Assembly (NCBI RefSeq): GCF_009914755.1
Contig: NC_060927.1
Origin: the human T2T-CHM13v2.0 reference genome, Homo sapiens
Reading direction: 5' to 3' (one strand)
Length of the DNA stretch: 64,000 nt
In this document: positions 41,712 through 52,332 of the stretch, one piece after another
How the letters are laid out: each line of letters opens with the position of its first letter
Numbering within the stretch: position 1 is the first letter of the stretch
Program-made: the position numbers and the translations under genes
The notes under the pieces: generated by a model
The model's input: the letters and a program-made list of their open reading frames with translations, nothing else
What the model was told of the DNA's origin: nothing
Database searches by the model: none

Positions 41712-42441
41712 CTTAAAAAAAAAAAAAAGGAAACCAAAATTATTCAAATATTCCTACAAATTTTCAAAAACACACGAGATACACAATATTGAAGTACTTA
41801 TCATGCTGGCTCCTTTGTTGTTATAATAAAAGAAACAGAATGAAAAAAAAGTACTTTATGTTTCTAATCCCTGATGTTCTTGTTACTTCCATATATAAAA
41901 CCTCACCTTTTTCCCAATTTTCTGGAGTTGGCATTGTGGAAATCTCAGAGATATTAGTTCCTTGAATTTATTACCATAGATATGATTATGGGTCACAGAT
42001 ACAGTCATATCTATGTAAAGAGACTCAAAGAACTACTATCATGAAGCAGTCAGCTAAAATAAAAATACAATTTGAATTCTGTGCTGTAAGAATTGGATAA
42101 TTTTATTTCACTCTATCTCCCTAAAAAATTGATGAAAGTCCGTCTGGCTGTTTCGGCTATTTGACAGCAAAGATGAAAAAATACATGCTGAAATACAGAA
42201 GGGGATACCGAATCTCATAAAACTGTTGTAGAGAAAAGTTATTGCTAAGTATATCCCTGTCAAAATATTATTCCATTACTTCTAAATAATAAAGAGGTCT
42301 TAATTCTAGACTAATTTTTTTCTTAAATTTTAGGTACATTTCACTAGTTTAAAATGACAAACCATTCAGACAATTTGTATAAACAAGTTAAAGGCCTCAA
42401 TAAAATCTGAAAGTAAATCATTTTACTCCCTTTTAAATTAC

Positions 42442-42513
42442 CTGATAATTATATACAGGCAACTGATATCCAGTGATGACCTGAACTGGTGAATTTGGGT
42501 AAGTAGGATATGC
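42442..42513 (-). CDS. DAZL: DAZL exon 7 (72 nt): the DAZ repeat AYPTYPNSPVQVITGYQLPVYNYQ
   Basis: TTTCAG| and |GTAATT; 24-aa DAZ repeat present in one copy. Confidence 0.97.
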
Positions 42514-43877
42514 CTGAAAATCAAGTTTACAGAAAGAATGAATAATATAAAACATTTTTTAAAATTAGAAATATTATTCCCAATATAACAAAAATATGAA
42601 AACTTTTAAAATATTTTTCTATATACAACAATGCAGAATTCTAAATGCATGACTGACTTTATGAAGAAAGAAATATTCTCTGTCAAGTGTTACCCTTTGG
42701 GTGGGGAGGGGGAACAGACAAATGACAAAAGAAGTGACTATTTCAACAGGCAAAGTTTATCATATTTATACTGTGTACTTATTCCCACCCAGAAGTTATT
42801 TTTTATACTGGTGATAAGGCTCTATTCAGACAGACTTCAATGTAAGTTAAATTAATACATTTGCTATTTCTTTGTCAAAATACTTCTAGACAGTTTTGTG
42901 TTTGACAATATTATAGGGTAATATGTAGTCCTCCTACAGATGCTATGGCTTTTTCTGTACTTCATTTCGAAGAACTAAGGGCTGTATATAATCCAAAACT
43001 GGAAAAGAAACAGTATAATGTCTTATATTTTTCAATAAATAGCTACTGATTGAAAACATATAGGTGGCAGCATACACGAATACACCCAGATGCAGTAATG
43101 ACTCACAGTAAATGTTAGAAACAAGTAGGGCTTTTTTTTTTCTAGCCATTGTTCAGAGAAGGAGAAAGAAGAGGAGGTACACCCTACACATTTCAAGTAC
43201 ATGGAAAATGTCAATGAATGAAAGACACTGAAGAACTATTTCACTCCTGTTTTGCTACTTTATTTTCCAGCAAAGACAATGTCTTTTAAACTAAATCGTT
43301 AAATAAAATGAACTAAGAAGAAAATGTTATTTACCACCAGTAAGTGATAGTATGTCAAATCCTACTTTAAATATCAAAGTAACCAAGATCAGAGAAATTA
43401 TATGCCAGAAACTCACAGGATTTACATAGTAAAACACATCAGAAATCTACCCATTCCAGAACCAGAATATATCCAGAAGTCAGCAATTTATATGAGGAGG
43501 CATCTGGAAATCATTGCAAATAAAGAATAGCTAGATGATTTGCTAACCTTAGAGAAGAATATACTAGACAGACACATAACGATAGCTGCTTTCAAATGCT
43601 TTAGGAACTAGTTATATGGGGGGAAAAAGGAAGAGATTTCTTCATGTGTCTACAGAGGTCATTTCTAAGATAAAGACAAAGTATACAGAAGATCTTTAGC
43701 TCATATAAAGAACAACACTAAGAATAAGAAATTTCTAACAAAAGTAATAAATTTCCCATCACTCAAAGTATTCAAACAGGGATGCCATTACCACTTACTA
43801 CAGAAATTGGATGTAATTCCACAGAAGGTACGATGACTACAATAAACAAGAGAATAGGAACGTTAAGCAATTCTTAC

Positions 43878-44017
43878 CTGAACATACTGAGTTATAGGAT
43901 TCATCGTGGTTGTGGGCTGCATATAAGTTTCAGTGTTTGGATTAGTCCAGACATTCTGAAACTGTGGTGGAGGAGGATGATTAAAAACCAAAGGACGTGG
44001 CTGCACATGATAAGCAC
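43878..44017 (-). CDS. DAZL: DAZL exon 6 (140 nt): (C)AYHVQPRPLVFNHPPPPQFQNVWTNPNTETYMQPTTTMNPITQYVQ
   Basis: CAAAAAG| and |GTAAGA; reading frame continuous with exon 5 across a 98-nt intron. Confidence 0.96.
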
Positions 44018-44115
44018 CTTTTTGAAAAGCAAAAAGAAAAGGCCTATTTTTAGTTCTTTGAAAAGCTACACAATTTCTTTTATGTTTAAAAAGAACAATT
44101 TCTTTTTGTACTCAC

Positions 44116-44179
44116 ATAAATTTTGTTTCCTGATTGCAGGGCCCAGCTTCAGCTTTTTACCATGGAAATTTATCTGTGA
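44116..44179 (-). CDS. DAZL: DAZL exon 5 (64 nt): SQINFHGKKLKLGPAIRKQNL
   Basis: TTTCAG| and |GTGAGT. Confidence 0.97.
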
Positions 44180-44617
44180 CTGAAAATAAAACAGTAACAA
44201 AACTAGAATCAATTTTCAAGTCTTTACTTCCAAGACTTGGATGAACACCTAAAGTCTTCTAAAATTCCTATTATCATAGAAGATCAGTGATAACTACACA
44301 CCAAATTAAAATTTGTCATCATGAAGCTACCTTACCCTTATTTCTCTAATCAGTGTCAAGAGGCATCAAGTGAAAGTTGATCAAAAACTTTTCATCACCC
44401 TGCCCTGTCTCCAACCCTTCCTGTCTGTAGCTCATGAACCTAGGTGCCCAGTCAAAAATAAACAGGTTCTAACAAGTTATGTAAGATTCCTCTAAGTTTG
44501 GATTTTTTTGACCAGAAAGTGTATCGTCTTCCAAATTTTACACAAGACTGAGTATATCACTTGACACTAAACATTGTATCAATTAAACAAATGAGATTTT
44601 TCTATTAGATTACTTAC

Positions 44618-44669
44618 TTCTACTATCTTCTGCACATCCACGTCATTAAAAAATGAAACAAATCCATAG
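44618..44669 (-). CDS. DAZL: DAZL exon 4 (52 nt): YGFVSFFNDVDVQKIVE
   Basis: TTATAG| and |GTAAGT; completes RNP1 KGYGFVSF. Confidence 0.97.
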
Positions 44670-45214
44670 CTATAAAGGCAGATAAATGAAGTATAAAATC
44701 ACCATCATACAGTACATGGTTCAGAACTTCTACTATATACGGAAGTGATCATGACTAAAATATGAATAATATACTATGCTAAATATTTAAGATGTACATG
44801 ATAGATCCTCTACAAATACTGCTTTTTCTTCATCTGAACTATGTCAATCAAAATGTGCTAAGATTAGGGTAGTGTGAAAACTTCATTGATTAACAAAGAA
44901 TTCATATCCATGAACCTGAATTTAACTTACTATCTAAGACAAGGTGGTTAAAATTTAAGATACTGTGCAATGTATGAAGAAAACAGTTCTTTGAGAAAAC
45001 TGATTAATTCATTTGTATGAAATAAAGATTGAAGATATTCAAAAACAAACATTAGAAAAATGATTAAAAGAGCTGGCAATAAACTTTTATCCTCTACATG
45101 AAAGAAATTAACACAGCAACAAATTTATGTTAAGTGTCAGAATACCAATTTTGAAGTCTTCTCTGATACTCTATACGTGGCTAGAGTTCAGATATTTTTG
45201 ATAAAATTACTCAC

Positions 45215-45306
45215 CCTTTGGACACACCAGTTCGATCAGTGATTATCTTCACTTCTTTCACTGAACCATATCTAGCAAAGAAGCTTCTAATCTCAGTTTC
45301 ATCCAT
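45215..45306 (-). CDS. DAZL: DAZL exon 3 (92 nt): MDETEIRSFFARYGSVKEVKIITDRTGVSKG
   Basis: CCATAG| and |GTGAGT; RRM core; Thr at codon 54. Confidence 0.97.
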
Positions 45307-45579
45307 CTATGGAAAAGAATTGAACTTCAAGAGTAAAAATTCAGCATTCAAAAATTTTAATTTTACTAAAAGAATGTTCGATGATGTGACAATTTCTCCC
45401 CCATTTATCCCCAAATGACCAGTAGCTCTTTGTCAAAGATATTTTTAGTACCTATGGGTCAAATGTAAAACCAATTCTAAACCTCCATGAAGTACAAAAA
45501 AACCTTAAGTTTGTAACAGGGCCCAAATCCCATTATTCATAATGCATTTCAAGGTAAAAATGAGGTATGAATACAATAC

Positions 45580-45726
45580 CCTAACATCAATTCCTCCAAC
45601 AAAAACAGTGTTTGGCATGATTTTGCCTTCTGGTAAAATATAGCCTTGGCTGGTTGCAGCTGATGAGGACTGGGTGCTGGCCTCTCTGGAGATGGTTGAG
45701 TTTGGAGTTTCAGGATTTGCAGTAGA
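45580..45726 (-). CDS. DAZL: DAZL exon 2 (147 nt): STANPETPNSTISREASTQSSSAATSQGYILPEGKIMPNTVFVGGIDVR, includes RNP2
   Basis: TTACAG| acceptor and |GTATTG donor; VFVGGI RNP2 motif; Thr at codon 12. Confidence 0.97.
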
Positions 45727-45912
45727 CTGTAATTTGGAAAGTAGACATCATAATTAGATACACAGGAAAAACCTATACATAATGTGAAATATAATTTTTG
45801 TATTTTAAGTATAAAATATTTTATATAAATTACTTTCATTCTAAGTTAGTTCAGGCTCAGGATTTAAACTTATCAGAGTAGATCAGCATGAAATTTTAAT
45901 GAAAGGATATAG

Positions 45913-46210
<298 letters not shown>

Positions 46211-47989
46211 AGGATACAGTACTTTCTTAAACCCAGTATTGCTCATTACCGAGTCTTGCACAATGCTGTGGAAGAATACTTAGTATTTGTGAAAATACTA
46301 TGTGAATTACTTAAAAAAAAAACAAACCCAAAATTGGAAAGTTCAGATTTGTAAAAATCAAAATTAAAATCATCCTGTTCTATATTCATAAACAACTTTT
46401 CATTTTACTGAGTACACTAATAAAAAGGATGACAAATATTAAAAAACTCCAAAAAGCCACATCAAAAAGAAAATAAGCCTCAAAGTTTTAAACCAATTTG
46501 TCCTGCTTCGCCTTTTTCACCAAAATTAACATGAATTTTTACAATTTTAACGCTGTGTTAGTATGCCTGCTTTACTTTGGAAATGGATCATGGAAACATT
46601 ATTTGCTCACATGTCACAGCTCCTTCTAAAAAAAGGATTATAATCCTCTTCCCTAATGCTAGGGTGTTCAAATCATTTTTTGAAATAACATTTTTCTTCC
46701 TAACACCAAATCAGTCCCACTGATAATTCTAATTATCACAGTAGGCAGATATAAATTATACCATCTTTATTTTCAGATAAAGAAACACACATATAACTCA
46801 TTTTTTCTGGATTTTGATCAGAACTGTCTTTATTCTTTCCGCAGTAGACTCTAAGGCTAATGTAAAATTTTCTGAAGTAGAATTTGTAAGTAATATATAT
46901 GTTGGAGAAGCAATATAGCAGAGTGAAACAAAAATTAATTTAGTCAGGAGATCTAGGTTTATGTCCCTTACAGGTAAGTGGTTACAAGCCACTTACTTGC
47001 CAGCCGTGTATCTCTGGGCAAACTGCTTTGAGAAGGAAATGAGATAACATCTGTGAATTCATTTTGTAAAGTATAAAGTGGTATATCAATATAAGTTAGT
47101 GTCCTGTTATTTGAATTTATTTTCAGATTTTTTTTCAAGTTTCTTTTTTGGCTTTACTATTTTAGCTGACTTATCTTGAAGATACTTTTAATTAAGAACG
47201 AATTGAAACATCAGGAAACTATGAAACATCATTAATTTAAAAATCATTGGTGAAGTGCCTGTTGACTACAAAAGGTAACTACAAAAAGCTGCAAAAGAGA
47301 AAGCTATTACACATATACCTGTCTGAAAGAAAACAAGACAAAAGAAAGCAACTGTTATCTTTTTGAAAAGCACAGTAATTTTATAGGAATTAATAAGAAA
47401 GTAGAGTTCCTGCTTTGTTAATTAGATGCTAGAAGTTACTGATTCTACACAGCTTTACTAGAGATGAAATCTAAATTGTCAAATCAACTAAAGCTGAGTT
47501 TATTGCTTTTCTCTATTCGTTTGTGCTTATACTTGCTATTTTGGGTTTGTAAATAATTCCTAATTCTTTCTTTTAATAGTGGTATTTCATGACAATGATG
47601 TGGAAGAAAAATTTAAAAACTATTTCTACAGTTTTTCCTTTCTAAAAATGTCTTACGTTGTTTTTCTAAATGACATTAAGCTGCGTATCTTGAACTATTA
47701 GGAACCTGATTAGATTTCCCCCCTACAGACAATTTACCAATCCCTTCTCAGTTCATTCAGAAATCCCAAACAGAATAAAACAAAACAAAATAAATTCTGA
47801 AATTCTTGTAGTTTTTTCTCCTTTTCAATTCCCCCTTGATTTGTGGATGAACTTTGGATATGTTTTTCTTTGATAAACAAGCTATATATACAGTATTGTC
47901 TCTGCATCACAGTGTTTGGATGTATTTTAATTTAGAAGTGTAACATCTGGCAGAAAACTGTGTCAGATTATAAGAGGTCATGATAATGC

Positions 47990-48195
47990 ATTGATTCTCA
48001 ACTGGGGAAGATTTTTGAGCCCTGGGGGCATTTAACAACGTTTAGAGATTGCTTGTCACAACTGAGGTGTATTCCTGGCATCTGATGGGCTGAAGGCCAG
48101 GAATACTACTGCACATCCTACAATGCAAAGAAAGCTTCCTACAACAAGGAACTATTTGGTCCAAAATTTGAATAGGGTGTGGTTAAGAAACCTTG
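47990..48195. mobile_element. MER20
   Basis: TTCTCAACTGGGG...TTGTCACAACTG...GGTTAAGAAACC. Confidence 0.78.
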
Positions 48196-48558
48196 TGACA
48201 GTGCCACAAGAATTGAGGAGGAAAATTATTGTTTGGGAAGAACCTGATTTCCATTGTTCAGTAAAGTAAGTCTTTTCAGGACCTCAGTTTCCTTGCTTGA
48301 AAATGAATGGTTGGAAAAGATCTCTGGTGTCTCTTCTAATTCTCATACCCTATACAAGAGTAAAACGGATACTTGGCGACAACAGTAGTTTGGTAAAGAG
48401 GAAAAGAGGCATTTGATATTATTAGGAAGTCTGACTTTGGCTTGGATCTTACAAACTGGCTGCCTGCTTAACTGGAATCGTAAATATAAAATTCATAGGA
48501 TCACTTTAATAGCGTAATAACATCTTAAATTAAGGAGGCACCATCATGTCCTAGTTCT

Positions 48559-48577
48559 CAGCCAGCAGGTGGCGCTC
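48559..48577 (+). promoter_or_regulatory. CTCF/BORIS consensus motif in DAZL intron 1
   Basis: CAGCCAGCAGGTGGCGCTC fits CCASYAGRKGGCRS exactly and lies in non-repeat AT-rich DNA. Confidence 0.7.
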
Positions 48578-49189
48578 AAAGCTAACAAAGTAAGCAATGT
48601 ACTTCATTTTTACCACGGCTTGATTAGCAAGGGTTGTTAAATTCCTACTGTATTTATACATAATTATAATGTATATATAAAAATCCACAATCAATAGACA
48701 AACTTTGGTGAAACCGTGGCCAAAAATATAAATGAATGCTTAGGATAAGCAAAAGCTTAATTTTAAAGAAAGTACCATCGTAACTGTCAATAGCATCCTG
48801 AAAACAAACTGCATTAAAGAAGTAATTTTCTTAATCATACCTTCAAGTGAGTTGGTGAATTTTGAAATCAGAAATGTTGGAATAGTAAACGGGTGAGCTT
48901 CAAGACCATCATATACACAACTCTCATTGTTATTTATAGCAAACATATTCCTTGTTATATTTGGACAACCAAGTGACAAAGACAGCTAAAAGCTGGAAAA
49001 AATTATTATGTAACTCCTGCGATGTCAGCTTCTTTCACAGTATTATCTAATTCAATTACTATGTGAACATGAAAGCAAACTGAGATTTATATAAACTGAC
49101 CAGGAAAAAGGCTATAATTTGTAGTTATCAAAGTTACGTTCACACCAATAGGAAGGAACGAATAAAGAGAATGCTAAAATTAAGAAAAT

Positions 49190-51110
49190 ATGACATGAAA
49201 ATCAGAATCAAAACTTTAAGTAAATCCAAGAGTAGATTCTTGGGGAGTTGGGGGTGGGGAGGATGAAATTCAAGCAATAAACAATCCTGGCAAAACTAAG
49301 CAAGAAAAGGCAAGAAAGCAAAAGGATATATGAGACCTGAGAAATGGGTTATGACCACAGATTATAAAACAATGCTATGCATAAACTCTATAGAAATAAA
49401 TTTGGAAATCAACGACATGACAAACTTGTAGAGAAATTTAAATTTTTACAAAACAATCTTGAGAAAAAACACCTAATGATACCTGGCTCAGTTTCCGTGG
49501 GAGTTTTTTCAACTTGTAAAGAAATAGATAACTTGGGTGTATGTTTGTGTCAGAGAGAGGGGCACATACACATCAGACACCAGAAATAAAGACAGAAAAC
49601 ACAGAAGAAGAGATTAAAAAATTCAAACACTTTTCTTCAATTTTCAAAGAGGAAAAAAGTATTTCTCAACGCATTTTACAAAGCTAACAGCATATAAGTA
49701 ACAAAGCCTCATCAAGATGAGCCATCCCTGCCCTCAACACAAATGCAAAATTCCAGCAGTATATAAAGAATATAGTTTATATTGGAAATGCAAGAATACT
49801 TCACAGGATATTGTTACTTTAACTCACCACTGAAAAAGCATTTGACAAAATACAGCATTCATTTTTAAATTATCTAAATATCCAAGTAAAACAGAAATAG
49901 AGACATCTTATTTTCTATCAATCTAATTCTACCCTATCATTAAGCTTAAAGTGAAATACTAGAGTCATCTCCATTGAAATTAGGAATAAGGTAAGGGCAC
50001 CTCCTTATTACTACTATGTATTTTTTTCCACTATGTATGACAAAGGTGAACATTAATACAGTCTTTATGAATCAATACAAATAAAAATAAAAAGGAAGTT
50101 TAAAAAGCTAATGATCGATCAACTTCATTGATGATTTTTAAAAGTGCACATCAACATAGTAAAATATTTTCCAGCTATTAGGTTGACAATTCAAAAAATC
50201 CTAATACCTTTCATTGGAAAGGGTGTGGAAAAGAGATCACTCTACACACCATCAGTGGGAAAATACTGATACATTCTTTACACCAAGAGTAGCTTGGAAA
50301 AGATGTATCGTAATTTGATAGGCGAGGATACTCATCACTATACTAATGAGGGGTGTAACTTAAAATTGTTACCAAAGGGGTAAAGCGCTTTCACCCAGCA
50401 ATTCCACTTACAGCAATTCATCTCAAGGAATTAATAATACAAGCATGCCAAGATATTTACACAAGGATATTCATAGCATTTTTTTTTTTTGAGACTGAGC
50501 CTCCCCTCTTTGTTGCCTAGGCTGGAGTGCAGTGGCATGATCTCAGCTCACTGCAACCTGCCTCACAGGTTCAAGTGATTCTCCTGCCTCAGCCTCCCGA
50601 GTAGCTGGGATTACAAGTGCGCACCACCACGCCTGGCAAATTTTTCTGTTTTTAGTAGCGATGGGGTTTCGCCGTATTAGCCAGGCTGGTCTCGAACTCC
50701 TGACCTCAAGTGATCCACCCGCCTCAGCCTCCTAAAGAGATTGATTACAGGCGTGAGCCACCGCGCCCAGCCCATGATAGTATTGTTTTAATATTGAAAA
50801 AGTATTCATCATAAGCGAATTCGGTAAAATAATGGTATAATTTTTAACATATACTGAAAATTAAAATTATCTTCAGAACAATGCCCACATCAATTGAAAG
50901 ATGCAAGTTGTAAAATAGTATTATGCAGCACGGTGTAACTCTTGTAAAAGTTGGCCCATCTATATGCAATACATGCATAAAAATAATCTAGAAGGTCATA
51001 CATGTACCAAAATTTAACGGTTATAAGTGTTGGGATTAAGATGGATTGCTATTTTCTTACAGCGATTGTTTTCAAATGAGTAAATATGATACTTTTATAA
51101 TCAGAAAAAT
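49190..51110 (+). mobile_element. Highly decayed L1ME fragments in intron 1, with an AluS (50478-50773, -)
   Basis: GAAAAAGCATTTGACAAAAT and CCCAGCAATTCCACTT motifs; reverse-complement Alu. Confidence 0.7.
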
Positions 51111-51566
51111 AATCCAATGAAACAATTCGGATTTAACTCTAAAAATGAAAAGTGTTATAATAAATAATTACTTATAACTCAAGGTGATTACTTTTTATTA
51201 GCATGGATAACTATATGTTGCACAATTACACATAATAGGTGTTTATTTTTATTTTAATGTTTATACATGGTAATATAAACTGTGTATAAATTTCCTCCCT
51301 GAAGAGACTGAGAATTATCAATGCAGACACACACACAGCATGTAATACGCGCGTTCGTGACTCAGTGGTTGGTCTGCGTGTTCAGAGCTGCATCTTGTGG
51401 TGGCGCTGAAGCAACGCTAGGCATTTACCAAACTCACAAAAACGCACACCCAACGCTATCTACCAAATGGACATTTTGTCAAAGGATCCTGGTTTATCGA
51501 GAGGGAAAAAACCGTACCCAGAATTTAAAAATTCTAAAATTCTTAATGGTAACTGCTGAAACCAAC

Positions 51567-51629
51567 CTCGTGCGGCAAAGATGGCGTCAGGCGAGCTTTT
51601 CTGTCGCCGCCACACGAGGGAGCCGCCAT
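51567..51629 (-). CDS. DAZL: DAZL alternative first exon 1b, coding MAAPSCGGDRKARLTPSLPHE (315-aa isoform)
   Basis: 21 codons ending GAG|GTTGGT, in frame with exon 2; matches the N-terminally extended isoform as I recall it. Confidence 0.88.
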
Positions 51630-52329
51630 CAGCAAGTCCCCCGCAGCTGACAGGCGCGAGGGGACCAGAGGCACTTCCGGCCCAGCCCCCTCAGCTACAG
51701 GGCCATGCCTTCAGGACGCCCCACACCCCACGCTGAGGCCCCCACGAACCCCGCCCACCCCACCAAGTACAGGGACCAGGAGGGAACCACTTCCTAAGGA
51801 AGCTCCGGCCCTCTAAGTTTAAGAAGGCAAGTCCCTCAGCAGGCCCGCCGCCATCTTGCGGAGCCACGGGGAGAGCGCGCCAGAAATGAGGCTGGCGGGG
51901 CGGAGGCGCGTGGGAGTGGGGGAGGGGCGGAGGCGCGTGAGTGGGGGAGCGCGTGGGAGTGGGGGCGGGGTGGGGCAGTCGGGGGTGGGGAACCCGCACC
52001 CCAAACCTCTGCCAGTAGAGAACCCGAACCGGGAAATGGGTGCCTCAAGAAGGCCGTGGCCCTTGCACGTGGCCGGCGAGGCAGCGCGTCCTCGGGGCCC
52101 ACCCCCACCTTGCCGCCCTTGGCGTCCCGCGCCTGCCTCTCTGTGTAGGCCGCGCCACTGCCAGGCCGCCTCTCCCAACTCTGTGGGCCATGGCTGTGGT
52201 GCGTCCAGGCAGGTGCCCCCCAAACAGGAAAGCCGAGGATGACTTCACTTTCCGACCCTGCAGAGCCGAGTTTCACCCACGAGTGAAGACTCCGCCAGCC
52301 TTGCCCCTCGGGCCTCTCCCTCAACTCAC

Positions 52330-52332
52330 CAT
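52330..52332 (-). CDS. DAZL: DAZL exon 1a coding part: the initiator ATG only; the 5'UTR extends to roughly 52550-52630
   Basis: Minus strand GCCGCCATC-ATG|GTGAGT: A at -3 followed by a consensus donor; no upstream ATG in the 5'UTR. Confidence 0.95.

Noticed and set aside
42520-43870. A second, degenerate DAZ-repeat exon in intron 6
   Set aside because: I could not find convincing similarity to exon 7 by eye.
45215-45726. Known DAZL T12A and T54A coding variants
   Set aside because: Both codons encode Thr (ACC, ACT); no variant allele is present.
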